A stretch of 64,000 nucleotides of DNA, from the NCBI GenBank assembly GCA_035604635.1, contig DATNIC010000003.1, forward strand, positions 22,028 to 86,027, read 5' to 3'. Under the pieces are notes generated by a model, which saw only the letters and a list, made by a program, of their open reading frames with translations, made no database searches and was not told where the DNA came from. This DNA comes from Candidatus Binatia bacterium. GTDB taxonomy: Bacteria > Vulcanimicrobiota > Vulcanimicrobiia > Vulcanimicrobiales > Vulcanimicrobiaceae. Below, piece by piece: positions 30,935-40,083 of the stretch. The stretch's first letter is position 1; each line of letters starts with the position of its first letter. The position numbers and the translations under genes are program-made.

Positions 30935-33208
30935 ATGGTCTATCCCCTCCGACGCGCGGGCCGCGTCGTGGTCGCGTTGCTCCTTTTGATCAGCCTTGCC
31001 ATGCCCGCGATGTCGGCCGATGTTACGCCGAAGATCGTCTCGGTCTCGGTCTCGGGAAATGCCCATGTGCCAACCGAACGGATACTCGCCGTCGTCAAAG
31101 CGAAAGTCGGCGATCCTTTCGATCCCAAGGTCGTCCAAGACGACTTGCAGGCCATCTTCGCGTTAGGCTACTTCGCCGATCAGGTACCGCCGCTGATCGA
31201 CCAGCGGCCGGACGGGATCGCGGTCACCTACCGCGTCATAGAAAACCCTGTGATCACGGCCATTCGCTTTGACGGTAACGCGCACGTCCCATCGGACACG
31301 CTGCTGGCGTTGATGGACACCTCGGTCGGCGCGGTATTCAATACCAACACGTTTCACGAAGACGTACTCAAGATCAACTCGTACTACGACAAGGTCGGGT
31401 ACGGCGGTCAGCTTCCCACGCACGTTGCCGACATCAACATCGATCCGCAAAGCGGAGCCCTGACGCTCAAGATTCAGGAAGGCTTGACGGTCCGCAACAT
31501 CATCATCACGCCTCCGCCGGTCGGCGATCCCGTCCTCTCCGCCAAGGTGATCTTGAATGCGATCACCCTCAAGCCGGGCCAGCCGTATTCCGAGCTCGCT
31601 CGCGACAAAGACATCGAAGCGCTCAAGAATCTCTACGACAAGAGCGATCTGCAGCTCGGTGACTTCGAAGGCGGCATCGATCCGGCGAGCGTCGATCTGA
31701 AGAATCTCACCGCGGACGTCCGCTACACGATCTCAGCGGCCCGCGTCGGCGCCGTTCAAATTACCGGCAATTTCAAAACGCACGATGACGTCGTTCGCCG
31801 TCAGCTGCGCACGCGTCCCGGCGACCTCGTCCGCCCGAGCAATCTTCGCAACGACTACAACCGGTTGAACAACACCGGCTTTTTCTCGAAAGTCGACCTC
31901 ATCCCGAAGACGGGACCCGATCCGAAGCGTCCCGCATATGTGACGCTCGATTGGAACGTCGCCGAGCAGCGCACCGGCGTCGCCGAACTCGGCGGCGGCT
32001 ACTCGGGCGGTCTGACCGGACAGGGTCTCACCGCGCACCTTTCCTACTCGGAAAACAATATCAACGGGACCGGGAACGGCGCGTCGGTCCGGCTCGAAGG
32101 CGGGTCGCGCTTGGTCAACATCCAGCTCTCCGGCTCCATGCCGTACTTGGGCAACTCGCTGCGCGCGCAAAAATACAGTCTCGGCGCGACGGTTTTCTTG
32201 ACGTCGCAAACCAACCTGTATCCGATCTACGCGGTCCCGAGCGCCTCACCGAACCCGAATGGGCCGGCACCGACGCCGCTGCCGGCGAACAATCCGCAGC
32301 TCGTCACGCTGGTCCCACTCGACCCCAACAACATCAACCAAGTCGCAAACCAGGTCTCGAACTACTTCTCACGCTCGAACGGCATAGCCGTGACGCTCGG
32401 CCGCCGTCTCTCCGATCCGGTGAAGTTTTCGATCGGGGCCAACATCCAGCAAGTCAGCTCGGCCGTCACGCTGCCGTCCGGCTTCGCATTTAATTCCTCA
32501 CAAGTCCCGGTCGGGACGAACGCTTCGACGTTACCGCAGTTCACGTTCTCGAACAGCGTCAGCGGCGCTATCGCGCTGGGCGTGAACGCGCCCTCGATTG
32601 CGAACGTCAACTCGACCGCGCCCTTTGCACTACACAGCGTGGTCTTCGCGCTCGCCGCCGATACGCGAGACGACGTCTTCAGTCCGCGGCGCGGCGTGTT
32701 GTCGTCTTTGACCGATGAGATCAGCGGCCCGTGGATGGGTTCGGATTTCAAATATACGCTAACGACGTTGGACATCGCAAAATACTTCCCGGTCATGAAA
32801 AACTCGACGTTCGCGGTGCACGCCCAGTTCGGCACGTCGACGGGGGCGATCCCGACGAACCGGCTCTACACGTACTCAGACCAGCAGTTGCGCGGGTACA
32901 ACACGGTCTTCTACGGGACCGATGCTCGGCTGTTTCAGGCCGAGCTCCGTGTCCCGATTAGCCCGGACCGCCACATCGCGTTCGCGACCTTTTTCGATGA
33001 CGGCGCGACCCGGATTCGCGGTGCGGCACCGACCTACGATTCGCAAGGGAACTTGATCGCCAACTTGAGTAACTTCCAGTGGCATCCCGACGCCGGCGTC
33101 GGCGTCCGCTTCGACATCCCGCAAATAGGAATCCGTACGATTCGACTTGACTATGCCAAGGGCAGCACGGGGACACACTTCTCCTTCGGCATCGGCCAAA
33201 GTTTCTAG
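30935..33208 (+). CDS. bamA: Outer membrane protein assembly factor BamA (Omp85 family)
   Basis: ORF 30770..33208. Start placed at ATG 30935 (MVYPLRRAGRVVVALLLLISLAMPAMSA signal peptide; GAGG 13 nt upstream). POTRA repeats (VSVSGNAHVPTERILAVVKAKVGDPFD...). C-terminal barrel ends ...FSFGIGQSF. Confidence 0.9.
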   Translation: MVYPLRRAGRVVVALLLLISLAMPAMSADVTPKIVSVSVSGNAHVPTERILAVVKAKVGDPFDPKVVQDDLQAIFALGYFADQVPPLIDQRPDGIAVTYRVIENPVITAIRFDGNAHVPSDTLLALMDTSVGAVFNTNTFHEDVLKINSYYDKVGYGGQLPTHVADINIDPQSGALTLKIQEGLTVRNIIITPPPVGDPVLSAKVILNAITLKPGQPYSELARDKDIEALKNLYDKSDLQLGDFEGGIDPASVDLKNLTADVRYTISAARVGAVQITGNFKTHDDVVRRQLRTRPGDLVRPSNLRNDYNRLNNTGFFSKVDLIPKTGPDPKRPAYVTLDWNVAEQRTGVAELGGGYSGGLTGQGLTAHLSYSENNINGTGNGASVRLEGGSRLVNIQLSGSMPYLGNSLRAQKYSLGATVFLTSQTNLYPIYAVPSASPNPNGPAPTPLPANNPQLVTLVPLDPNNINQVANQVSNYFSRSNGIAVTLGRRLSDPVKFSIGANIQQVSSAVTLPSGFAFNSSQVPVGTNASTLPQFTFSNSVSGAIALGVNAPSIANVNSTAPFALHSVVFALAADTRDDVFSPRRGVLSSLTDEISGPWMGSDFKYTLTTLDIAKYFPVMKNSTFAVHAQFGTSTGAIPTNRLYTYSDQQLRGYNTVFYGTDARLFQAELRVPISPDRHIAFATFFDDGATRIRGAAPTYDSQGNLIANLSNFQWHPDAGVGVRFDIPQIGIRTIRLDYAKGSTGTHFSFGIGQSF

Positions 33209-33310
33209 GAAAGCGCATATTTTGTTCATGCTGTCGTTACCGAAAAGCTCATTTGCTTTAGCAAACTTCGCTTTCCGGTGCCTAAGCCTGAACAAAATAT
33301 GCGCTTTCCT
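33207..33310. repeat. Perfect 22-bp inverted repeat (long hairpin) spanning the bamA stop and the 5' end of the first ompH gene
   Basis: AGGAAAGCGCATATTTTGTTCA (33207-33228) is the exact reverse complement of TGAACAAAATATGCGCTTTCCT (33289-33310). The 60-nt spacer itself contains nested pairings: ACCGAAAAGC/GCTTTCCGGT (9 of 10) and TTTGC-TTTA-GCAAA. Confidence 0.85.
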
Positions 33311-34076
33311 GCTCGCGATGGCTCTGCTGGGTGCGCCGCTTGCGCTTGCTGCGGACGTGACGGATATCGGGTACGTCGATCAGGAGGCGCTCGCGGCGAT
33401 CCCGCGCTTCGCGGCTGCCAACCGCCAGCTCATCGCGTACAAGGCGGAGCTGGACAAGCAGTTTACGCAGCAAGTGCGCGGGGCGCGTTCGGCCGACGAT
33501 CAAGCCCGGATCGCTCAGGACTTTCAGAATCGGTTCGCAGAGCGTCAGCGCCAGTTGCTCGGTCCGTTGTTCGCGCGCGCTCAGGTCGCCATCGCATCGG
33601 TCGCGGCCAGCAAGAGTCTCTCGGTCGTCCTGGACAAGCGCATCGTCGTCTTCGGCGGTCAGGATATCACCAAGAACGTCGTCGATCTCATCGGCGGCAT
33701 CGCCGATCCGGTCCCGCCGATCAACACGCCCCCGCCTTCGCGCGTCGGCTGGGTCGATCAAACGCAGATCGACGCGTTGCCGAGCGTCAAAGCCGCGGAG
33801 CAGACGTTTGCGAAATTCCAAGCCGACCAACAGAGGATCGCGCAAGGAAAGATGAAGGGCGCGAGGACCGACGCCGACCGCTCAAAAGCCATGTCGGACT
33901 ATCAGAGTGCCGTCGGTGCCGAACAAAAGAAAGACATCCAGCCGATCGTCGATCGGACGCGCGGCGTCGTAGCCGACGTCGCCCGCAAGCGCAATCTCAT
34001 CATGGTTGTCGACCGCAACAACATCATTTACGGCGGAACCGACGTGACGGCCGACGTGACGGCCGTGCTCAAGTAG
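33228..34076 (+). CDS. skp: OmpH/Skp-family periplasmic chaperone, two tandem OmpH domains
   Basis: ORF 33147..34076. Start uncertain: ATG 33228 gives a 41-aa signal peptide ...LLAMALLGAPLALA/ADV; in-frame CTG 33288 (LNKICAFLLAMALLGAPLALA) would be ideal. Two OmpH-like halves, ending ...SLSVVLDKRIVVFGGQDIT and ...LIMVVDRNNIIYGGTDVT. Confidence 0.75.
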   Translation: MLSLPKSSFALANFAFRCLSLNKICAFLLAMALLGAPLALAADVTDIGYVDQEALAAIPRFAAANRQLIAYKAELDKQFTQQVRGARSADDQARIAQDFQNRFAERQRQLLGPLFARAQVAIASVAASKSLSVVLDKRIVVFGGQDITKNVVDLIGGIADPVPPINTPPPSRVGWVDQTQIDALPSVKAAEQTFAKFQADQQRIAQGKMKGARTDADRSKAMSDYQSAVGAEQKKDIQPIVDRTRGVVADVARKRNLIMVVDRNNIIYGGTDVTADVTAVLK

Positions 34077-34077
34077 A

Positions 34078-35385
34078 ATGGTCGTGCGCGCGCTTCTGGG
34101 CACGCTGCTCCTGCTCGCATTCGCCGCCTGCGCTCGGTCGGAGTCGACGTCGGCCGGCGATTCGGACCACGGCGGGCGAGTCGGATACGTCCGGATGGAC
34201 GTCCTCGTGAAGAGTCACCCGCTCTACTCGCAGCTCTCCGCCTACGAAAAGAGCATCGAGGCGCTGAGCTTGCGCGAGATCGGCCCCGGCGCCGCGTCGT
34301 CCGGCAACGACCTATCCAAGCAGGAAGCCGAGCTGCAAACCGAGCTGCAGGCGGCGGCTGAGCGGACGAACCGCCTGCTGAAAGACAAGCAGGACGAGTA
34401 CTCGCGCCGCGAGCACGACGCAATCGAAGCGGCGCTCGCCGGCAGTTCCTCCGGCTCGAGCACCGCGCAGATTGCAGCCCGCCTCAACGCGACCGCGGCG
34501 AAGCAGCAGTCCTCAGCGATCGCCCAAGCGCACCAGGATCTGGGCACGTATCGCGGCGCGGTCGTCGCCCAGGACAAATCGGCGAGCGACGCGCTGGTCA
34601 AGACGTTCAACGAGCGTGCGAACCGTCTCTATCGCGATAAGGCCAACCAGTTACAAGCGCAGGAATCCCAATACTCCCTGCAGCTTGCGCAGACCGACGC
34701 GCCGCAACGGCTCCAGCTGCGCATGAAACTGTCGAACCTCGCGCTCGACGACGCCGGCCGCAAAGAGGCGCAGGCTGCGGTCGATGCCCTCGACAAGAAA
34801 GAATCCGATGCGCTCGCTGTGATGCGCACCAAAGATCAGCAGACGCTCGCGCAGTATCAAGATCAGCTGCGCACGCAGACGCGCGGGGATCTCGACAAGC
34901 AGCTTGCCGCAGTGCACTCGCGCAGCCAGGCCAAGCTCGGGGCACCCGCCTCGGCGGTGGGGAATTTGGGCGGCCCGGCGCCGGTCTCGGTGAATGCCGG
35001 AAAAGGCCCCGGGCAGCAGGCGGCCCCGGCTGCGCTGCAGGCGAAACTCCAAGCCCTGCACCGGCAGTACCAAGATCAGTTCAACGCGGACGCAAAGCAA
35101 ACGATCGCGGACTTCAACAAGACGCGCGAGGACCTGCAGCGCAGGTTCAATCAACTGCGCGGCGCCGATTCAACGGCGCAAACGAGCGCAGCGCAGCAGC
35201 TGGCGTCGCTGCAGAAGCAGCACGATGATCTTTACGCACAAATCGTGGCGCAAATCCAGCGCGAAGTTCAAACGGTTGCGAAGAGCCACGGCGTCGACGT
35301 CGTCGTCAGCAACGTCGTCGCGTCGGGCGGGAGCGTCGATCTGACCCAAGACGCCGAGAAGCAGATCGAGAGCCTCCATGAGTAA
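34078..35385 (+). CDS. Extended OmpH-like lipoprotein with long Gln/Ala-rich coiled coil
   Basis: ORF 435 aa. Signal plus lipobox-like LLLLAFAAC. Long heptad-like Q/A/E-rich region. OmpH-type C-terminus (VAKSHGVDVVVSNVVASGGSVDLT). Confidence 0.65.
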   Translation: MVVRALLGTLLLLAFAACARSESTSAGDSDHGGRVGYVRMDVLVKSHPLYSQLSAYEKSIEALSLREIGPGAASSGNDLSKQEAELQTELQAAAERTNRLLKDKQDEYSRREHDAIEAALAGSSSGSSTAQIAARLNATAAKQQSSAIAQAHQDLGTYRGAVVAQDKSASDALVKTFNERANRLYRDKANQLQAQESQYSLQLAQTDAPQRLQLRMKLSNLALDDAGRKEAQAAVDALDKKESDALAVMRTKDQQTLAQYQDQLRTQTRGDLDKQLAAVHSRSQAKLGAPASAVGNLGGPAPVSVNAGKGPGQQAAPAALQAKLQALHRQYQDQFNADAKQTIADFNKTREDLQRRFNQLRGADSTAQTSAAQQLASLQKQHDDLYAQIVAQIQREVQTVAKSHGVDVVVSNVVASGGSVDLTQDAEKQIESLHE

Positions 35386-35791
35386 ACCGATCTGGTCTCT
35401 TGTCGCCGCGCTGATCGTCGTGGGTTGTGGACACTCGTCCTCGAGCGACGTAGCGGTCGTCAGCATCGTACGGATCACGTCGAACTGGCCGAAGTTCATC
35501 AACTATAACAACCAGCTCAGTGCCGATGCCGCCGCGATCGAGCGTTCGCAGGCCTCCGACGCGGAAAAACAGCGCGAGCGCGAGCAGCTGCGCGCGCAGT
35601 ACGTCAAGATGCAGGACGAGGTGACGTCCGACGTTCGCGAAGCGGCGGCGAAAGTCGCGAAGAATCGAAACTTCAAGATGGTCGTCACCAGTGAGTTCGC
35701 AGCTTTTCCGCCCGCGAATGGCGGGACCGACATCACGGCGGATGTCGAGAAGATCCTCGACATCACGGAGCGGGCGACGCCGTCGCCGTGA
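35378..35791 (+). CDS. Small OmpH-like lipoprotein
   Basis: ORF 137 aa. Lipobox LIVVGC; coiled-coil middle; C-terminus NFKMVVTSEF...GGTDIT. Overlaps its neighbours by 8 and 4 nt. Confidence 0.65.
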   Translation: MSKPIWSLVAALIVVGCGHSSSSDVAVVSIVRITSNWPKFINYNNQLSADAAAIERSQASDAEKQREREQLRAQYVKMQDEVTSDVREAAAKVAKNRNFKMVVTSEFAAFPPANGGTDITADVEKILDITERATPSP

Positions 35792-36846
35792 GCGGGCCGC
35801 ACGCCGGGCTGGGGATGCTCTCCGAGATCGCGACGGCACTCGGCGGGCGCGTTCGCGGCGATGGTAAGATCGTCGTTGCGCGGCTGGCGGCGATCGACGA
35901 CGTCGATCGGGAGACGTTGACTTTCGCGACGGACGAGCGTTATCTGCGGGCCGCCCTTTCGTCGTCCGCGGCGGCGGTCCTTACCGAAGAACGGTTGGCC
36001 GACGCGGTCGAAACGAACAAGCCGCTGATCCTCGTGGAATCCGCGCGCGCCGCGCTCGCGCAGCTGCTTCAAGGACTCGAACCGCCGCGGCCGAGCGGCC
36101 CGCACCGCGACCCCAGCGCCGTCGTCGACCCCAGCGCCGAGATCGGCGCCGGCGTCGTCATCGGTCCGCTCGTCGCGATCGGCCCACGCGCTCGCGTCGG
36201 TGCGCGCAGCGTCCTGTATGCCGGCGCCGTCGTCGGCGCCGAGGCAGTCGTCGGCGAGGACTCGACGTTCCATCCGCACTCGATGCTGCTCGACCGTTGC
36301 GTTGCCGGAAAACGCGTCGTGCTCCAGGCGGGGGCCGTCGTCGGCAGCGACGGATTCGGTTACGTGTTCGTCGACGGTGCGTTTCGCAAGATCCCGCAAA
36401 TCGGCAACGTCGAACTCGGCGACGACGTCGAGATCGGGGCGAACACGTGCATCGATCGCGCGCAGACCGGGACCACGCGCGTCGGCGATGGGACGAAGAT
36501 CGATAATCTCGTCCAGATCGCTCACAACTGCAGGATCGGAAAACACTGTGCGTTCGCTGCGCTCACCGCGATGGCGGGATCGACGATCGTCGGCGACTAC
36601 GTCCGCGTCGGCGGAGCCTCGACGTTCAAAGGGCACGTCACCGTCGGATCCAACGTGACGCTTGGCGGTAAAACCGAAGTGTGGGCGGATATTCCGGACC
36701 ATTCGTTCATGAGCGGCCGCCCGGCGAAGCCGCATCGCGACGAACTGCGATTGCAGGTCCTCATTCAAAAGCTGCCTAAGCTGTTTGCTCGAGTCGACGC
36801 TCTAGAAGGTAAGAAGAAGAAATCGTCGAGCTCCGACGAGGACTGA
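35788..36846 (+). CDS. lpxD: UDP-3-O-acylglucosamine N-acyltransferase
   Basis: ORF 352 aa. GTG 35788 overlaps the upstream stop (GTGA); ATG 35815 (MLSEIATALGG) is an equally plausible start. Left-handed beta-helix hexapeptide repeats and LpxD N-terminal domain. Confidence 0.9.
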   Translation: MSGPHAGLGMLSEIATALGGRVRGDGKIVVARLAAIDDVDRETLTFATDERYLRAALSSSAAAVLTEERLADAVETNKPLILVESARAALAQLLQGLEPPRPSGPHRDPSAVVDPSAEIGAGVVIGPLVAIGPRARVGARSVLYAGAVVGAEAVVGEDSTFHPHSMLLDRCVAGKRVVLQAGAVVGSDGFGYVFVDGAFRKIPQIGNVELGDDVEIGANTCIDRAQTGTTRVGDGTKIDNLVQIAHNCRIGKHCAFAALTAMAGSTIVGDYVRVGGASTFKGHVTVGSNVTLGGKTEVWADIPDHSFMSGRPAKPHRDELRLQVLIQKLPKLFARVDALEGKKKKSSSSDED

Positions 36847-36856
36847 AAGCCGACGC

Positions 36857-37693
36857 TTGCACTATCAAACCACGCTGCGCGATACGATCGAGTTCGAGGG
36901 AATCGGACTGCACACCGGTCTTCCCGCGCGCGTCAGCATCCGTCCCGCGAAGGCCGCTAGCGGCCTTTCTTTTCGCCTCGACGGAGGGGTGACGCTTCCG
37001 GCGCACGCCGAGTTCGTTATCGATACGCGCCGCGCAACCGTCCTTGGGAGCGGAGGGCATACCGTTTCGACCGTCGAGCACTTGCTCTCGGCTTTGACCG
37101 GGATGGGCGTCGACAATGCGCTTATCGAGGTCGATGGGCCTGAGATCCCGGTCTTGGACGGCAGTGCTCTGCCGTTCGCGCAAGCGATCGCGGACGTTGG
37201 CACGACGGCGCTCGGCGAGCCGCGACGGCGCTACATCCCGGCGGCGCCGAGCTATTTTCGCGACGGCGACAAGATGTTGATCGTGCTCCCCGCCGCCGAA
37301 TTTCGCGCAAAGGTCACGGTCGCGTACGATGCGCCGATCGGTGCGCAGTTCTTCGACGAGGAGATCACGCCGGAGATCTATTTGCGTGAGATCGCGCCGG
37401 CCCGCACGTTCGGCTTTGCCCACGAGGTCGAAGCGTTGCGCAAAGCGGGCCTCGCGCGCGGCGGGTCTTTGGAGAACGCCGTCGTTTTCGCGCCGGACGG
37501 TCCGATGCAGGCGCTCCGCTTCCCCGACGAACCGGTCCGTCACAAAGCACTCGATCTGATCGGCGATTTTGCTCTGCTCGGAGCCTGGCCGCAATGCGAG
37601 GTCGTCGCGATCAAAGGCGGACACACGCTTCATCACCGAGCCGTCCTCGAGTTGCGCAATGCCGTTCGGCCCGGCACGGCGGCCGCGCGGTGA
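36857..37693 (+). CDS. lpxC: UDP-3-O-acyl-N-acetylglucosamine deacetylase
   Basis: ORF 278 aa starting at TTG. Motifs TLRDTIEFEGIGLHTG, TVEHLLSAL, FAHEVEALR, HKALDLIGD. Confidence 0.93.
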   Translation: MHYQTTLRDTIEFEGIGLHTGLPARVSIRPAKAASGLSFRLDGGVTLPAHAEFVIDTRRATVLGSGGHTVSTVEHLLSALTGMGVDNALIEVDGPEIPVLDGSALPFAQAIADVGTTALGEPRRRYIPAAPSYFRDGDKMLIVLPAAEFRAKVTVAYDAPIGAQFFDEEITPEIYLREIAPARTFGFAHEVEALRKAGLARGGSLENAVVFAPDGPMQALRFPDEPVRHKALDLIGDFALLGAWPQCEVVAIKGGHTLHHRAVLELRNAVRPGTAAAR

Positions 37694-38169
37694 GCCCCAA
37701 GCCGATCGACATTCGGCAGATCATGGAGATCCTGCCGCACCGTTATCCGTTCGTCCTCATCGACCGCATCCTCGAGCTCGAGCCGATGGTGCGCGCCGTC
37801 GGTTACAAGAACGTCACGGCGAACGAGCCGGTGTTCAGCGGGCACTTTCCCGGCAATCCGCTGATGCCGGGCGTCTACATGATTGAGGCGATGGCGCAGC
37901 TCGGCGGAACGGTCATCCTAGCCCCGGGCGATTGGAAAAAGAAAATCCCGTATCTGGCCGGGATCGACAAGGCGAAATTTCGCCGGCCCGTGATCCCCGG
38001 CGACCAGCTGATGATGGAAGTGAAGATGCTGCGGTCGCGCAAAAACATCGGCTGGGTCGAAGCGAGCGCGACGGTCGACGGGCAGTACGTCTGTTCGGCA
38101 GAGCTCATGTTCTCGATCGTCGACGACCCGCGCGCGTTCCGCTTGGATTCAGCGGTCTTGCATGAATGA
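37690..38169 (+). CDS. fabZ: 3-hydroxyacyl-ACP dehydratase FabZ
   Basis: C-terminal 159 codons of ORF 37594..38169, from GTG 37690 (GTGA overlap with the lpxC stop). Motifs ILPHRYPFVLIDRI and FSGHFPGNPLMPGV. Confidence 0.93.
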   Translation: MSPKPIDIRQIMEILPHRYPFVLIDRILELEPMVRAVGYKNVTANEPVFSGHFPGNPLMPGVYMIEAMAQLGGTVILAPGDWKKKIPYLAGIDKAKFRRPVIPGDQLMMEVKMLRSRKNIGWVEASATVDGQYVCSAELMFSIVDDPRAFRLDSAVLHE

Positions 38170-38965
38170 GACGGTTAGCGAGGCGCGTGGCGTCACGACG
38201 CATCCGCTTGCGATCGTGCATCCCGGCGCAATCGCCGGCCGAGGCAGCGAGATCGGGCCATTTTGCATCGTCGGAGAGCACGTGCGGATCGGCGAGCGGA
38301 CGCGCTTGCTCGCCCACGTCGTCGTCAACGGCCACACGACGATCGGCGACGACTGCACGATCCATCCCTTCACGTCGATCGGGGCACCATCGCAAGATCG
38401 CAAGGCTGAGGGAGAAGTATCGTACACGACGATCGGGAACCGGACGGTGATCCGCGAGTACGTCAGCGTGCACCGTGCGACCGGCAAAGAGGAGACGACG
38501 TCGGTCGGCGACGATTGCCTGCTGCTCGCGTACGTCCACATCGCGCACAACTGTAGAATTGGAAACGCCGTGACGATGTCGAACCTCGCGCAACTCTCCG
38601 GGCACGTGATCGTCGAAGACTATGCGACCATCGGCGGGGCCGTCGGCGTACACCAATTCGTCCGAATCGGACGCAACAGCATGATCGGGGGGATGTCGAG
38701 GATCGGCCGCGACTGTCCGCCCTATTTCTTGATTGAGGGAAATCCGGCGAAAGTCTGGGGTATCAACGCGGTCGGTTTGCGGCGCGCCGGCTTCGACGGG
38801 AAGACGACGACGGAGCTGAAGGAAGCCTACAAGCTGATCTATCGCTCCGAGATGAACATGAGCCAGGCGCTCGAGGCGGTGCGCGGGCTGGTCCAGACCG
38901 ACGCGGGACGCCATCTCGTCACGTTCATCGAGTCACCCTCCGACCGCGGGATCACGCTCAAGTAG
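38162..38965 (+). CDS. lpxA: Acyl-ACP--UDP-N-acetylglucosamine O-acyltransferase
   Basis: ORF 267 aa. Hexapeptide repeats, plus the LpxA C-terminal helical domain (GINAVGLRRAGF...EAYKLIY). Confidence 0.93.
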   Translation: MNETVSEARGVTTHPLAIVHPGAIAGRGSEIGPFCIVGEHVRIGERTRLLAHVVVNGHTTIGDDCTIHPFTSIGAPSQDRKAEGEVSYTTIGNRTVIREYVSVHRATGKEETTSVGDDCLLLAYVHIAHNCRIGNAVTMSNLAQLSGHVIVEDYATIGGAVGVHQFVRIGRNSMIGGMSRIGRDCPPYFLIEGNPAKVWGINAVGLRRAGFDGKTTTELKEAYKLIYRSEMNMSQALEAVRGLVQTDAGRHLVTFIESPSDRGITLK

Positions 38966-38976
38966 CGACGCAACGT

Positions 38977-40083
38977 ATCTTCGTCTCGACCGGCGAAGCG
39001 TCGGGCGAATTGGCGGCGGTCGAGCTTGCCGCCGCGATGCGGACGATCGAACCGGAGCTCGCGTTCGAAGGGATCGGCGCGCAGCGGATGCGCGATGCGG
39101 GCTTTGCGCTGCGTTGGGATACGCGGGGCTGGGCAAGCCTGGGGCCGATCGAAGCCCTCGCGAAGATTCCCAAGCTGCTTGCGCTCAATTTGATCACGGC
39201 CGCGGAACTGCGCGCGCGGCCGCCCAGTCTCGTCGTGCTGATCGACTTCGGCGCAGTCAACCTGCGGCTGGCCCGTCAGCTGAGGCGGACCGGCTACGCC
39301 GGTCCCATCTGTTATTATTTTCCGCCGGCTGCGTGGCTTGACGATGCCAAACGCGCGCGCATGGTCGCGCGCGCCTGCGTTGCGGTGACGCCGTTTGCGC
39401 ACCAGCGCGATTTCTACGCATCGCTGGGGTTGCCGATTCACCATTTCGGCCATCCGCTCGTCTCGACGATTCCCGAGCGCCCGCCGCGCCCGCGTCCCGC
39501 GCCCGACGGCGGGCGCATCGCGATCCTCCCAGGCAGCCGCCGCGGCGAGCTGGAGCGGCACGCGCTGCTGCTGTTTGAAGCAGCGCGGCTTCTGCGGATT
39601 CACCGGCCCAGGGCGGAATTCGTCATAGGCGCAGCGGATGACGAAGCCGAGCATAGGCTCGCGGGTCTGGCCCGCGCGTTTACCGAGCTGCCGGTCAGGA
39701 TGATCCGCGGAGCGCGTGCCGCGCTCGACGATGCCGATGCAGCGTGGATCGCGTCGGGGACAGCCGTCCTCGAAGCGGCGCTGCTGGGCGTCCCGACCGT
39801 CGCGCTTTACATCGTCTCGCGCATGCAGGAACGGATGGCGCGGCGCCTCGTCAAACGTGCGAGTTTGAAGTATCTGACCTTGCCGAACCTCGTCCTCGAT
39901 GCGCCCGTCGTCCCGGAACTCTGGCAGGAGCAGGTAACGCAAATCAGTCTCGTCGACGCGCTCGAGCGCGTCTTGGAGGATACGGACGGTCAGCGAGCGT
40001 CCTTTGCGCAGCTGCGCGCGGCGCTCGGTCCCCCGGACGCCCTGGGACGAACTGCGGCGTTCGCAGTCGAACTCGCGAGATAG
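38977..40083 (+). CDS. lpxB: Lipid-A-disaccharide synthase; start codon unresolved
   Basis: ORF 39010..40083 (TTG) begins after the conserved GT19 N-terminal motif. The same frame upstream encodes VATQRIFVSTGEASGEL with no ATG/GTG/TTG. Start provisionally placed at ATC 38977; ACG 38968 also fits family N-termini. Confidence 0.85.
   Translation: MFVSTGEASGELAAVELAAAMRTIEPELAFEGIGAQRMRDAGFALRWDTRGWASLGPIEALAKIPKLLALNLITAAELRARPPSLVVLIDFGAVNLRLARQLRRTGYAGPICYYFPPAAWLDDAKRARMVARACVAVTPFAHQRDFYASLGLPIHHFGHPLVSTIPERPPRPRPAPDGGRIAILPGSRRGELERHALLLFEAARLLRIHRPRAEFVIGAADDEAEHRLAGLARAFTELPVRMIRGARAALDDADAAWIASGTAVLEAALLGVPTVALYIVSRMQERMARRLVKRASLKYLTLPNLVLDAPVVPELWQEQVTQISLVDALERVLEDTDGQRASFAQLRAALGPPDALGRTAAFAVELAR

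Noticed and set aside
33207-33310. Calling the bamA/skp inverted repeat a MITE or an invertible switch
   Set aside because: I saw no flanking target-site duplication, no second copy of the 22-mer in the window, and no recombinase nearby. It is reported as an unexplained hairpin instead.
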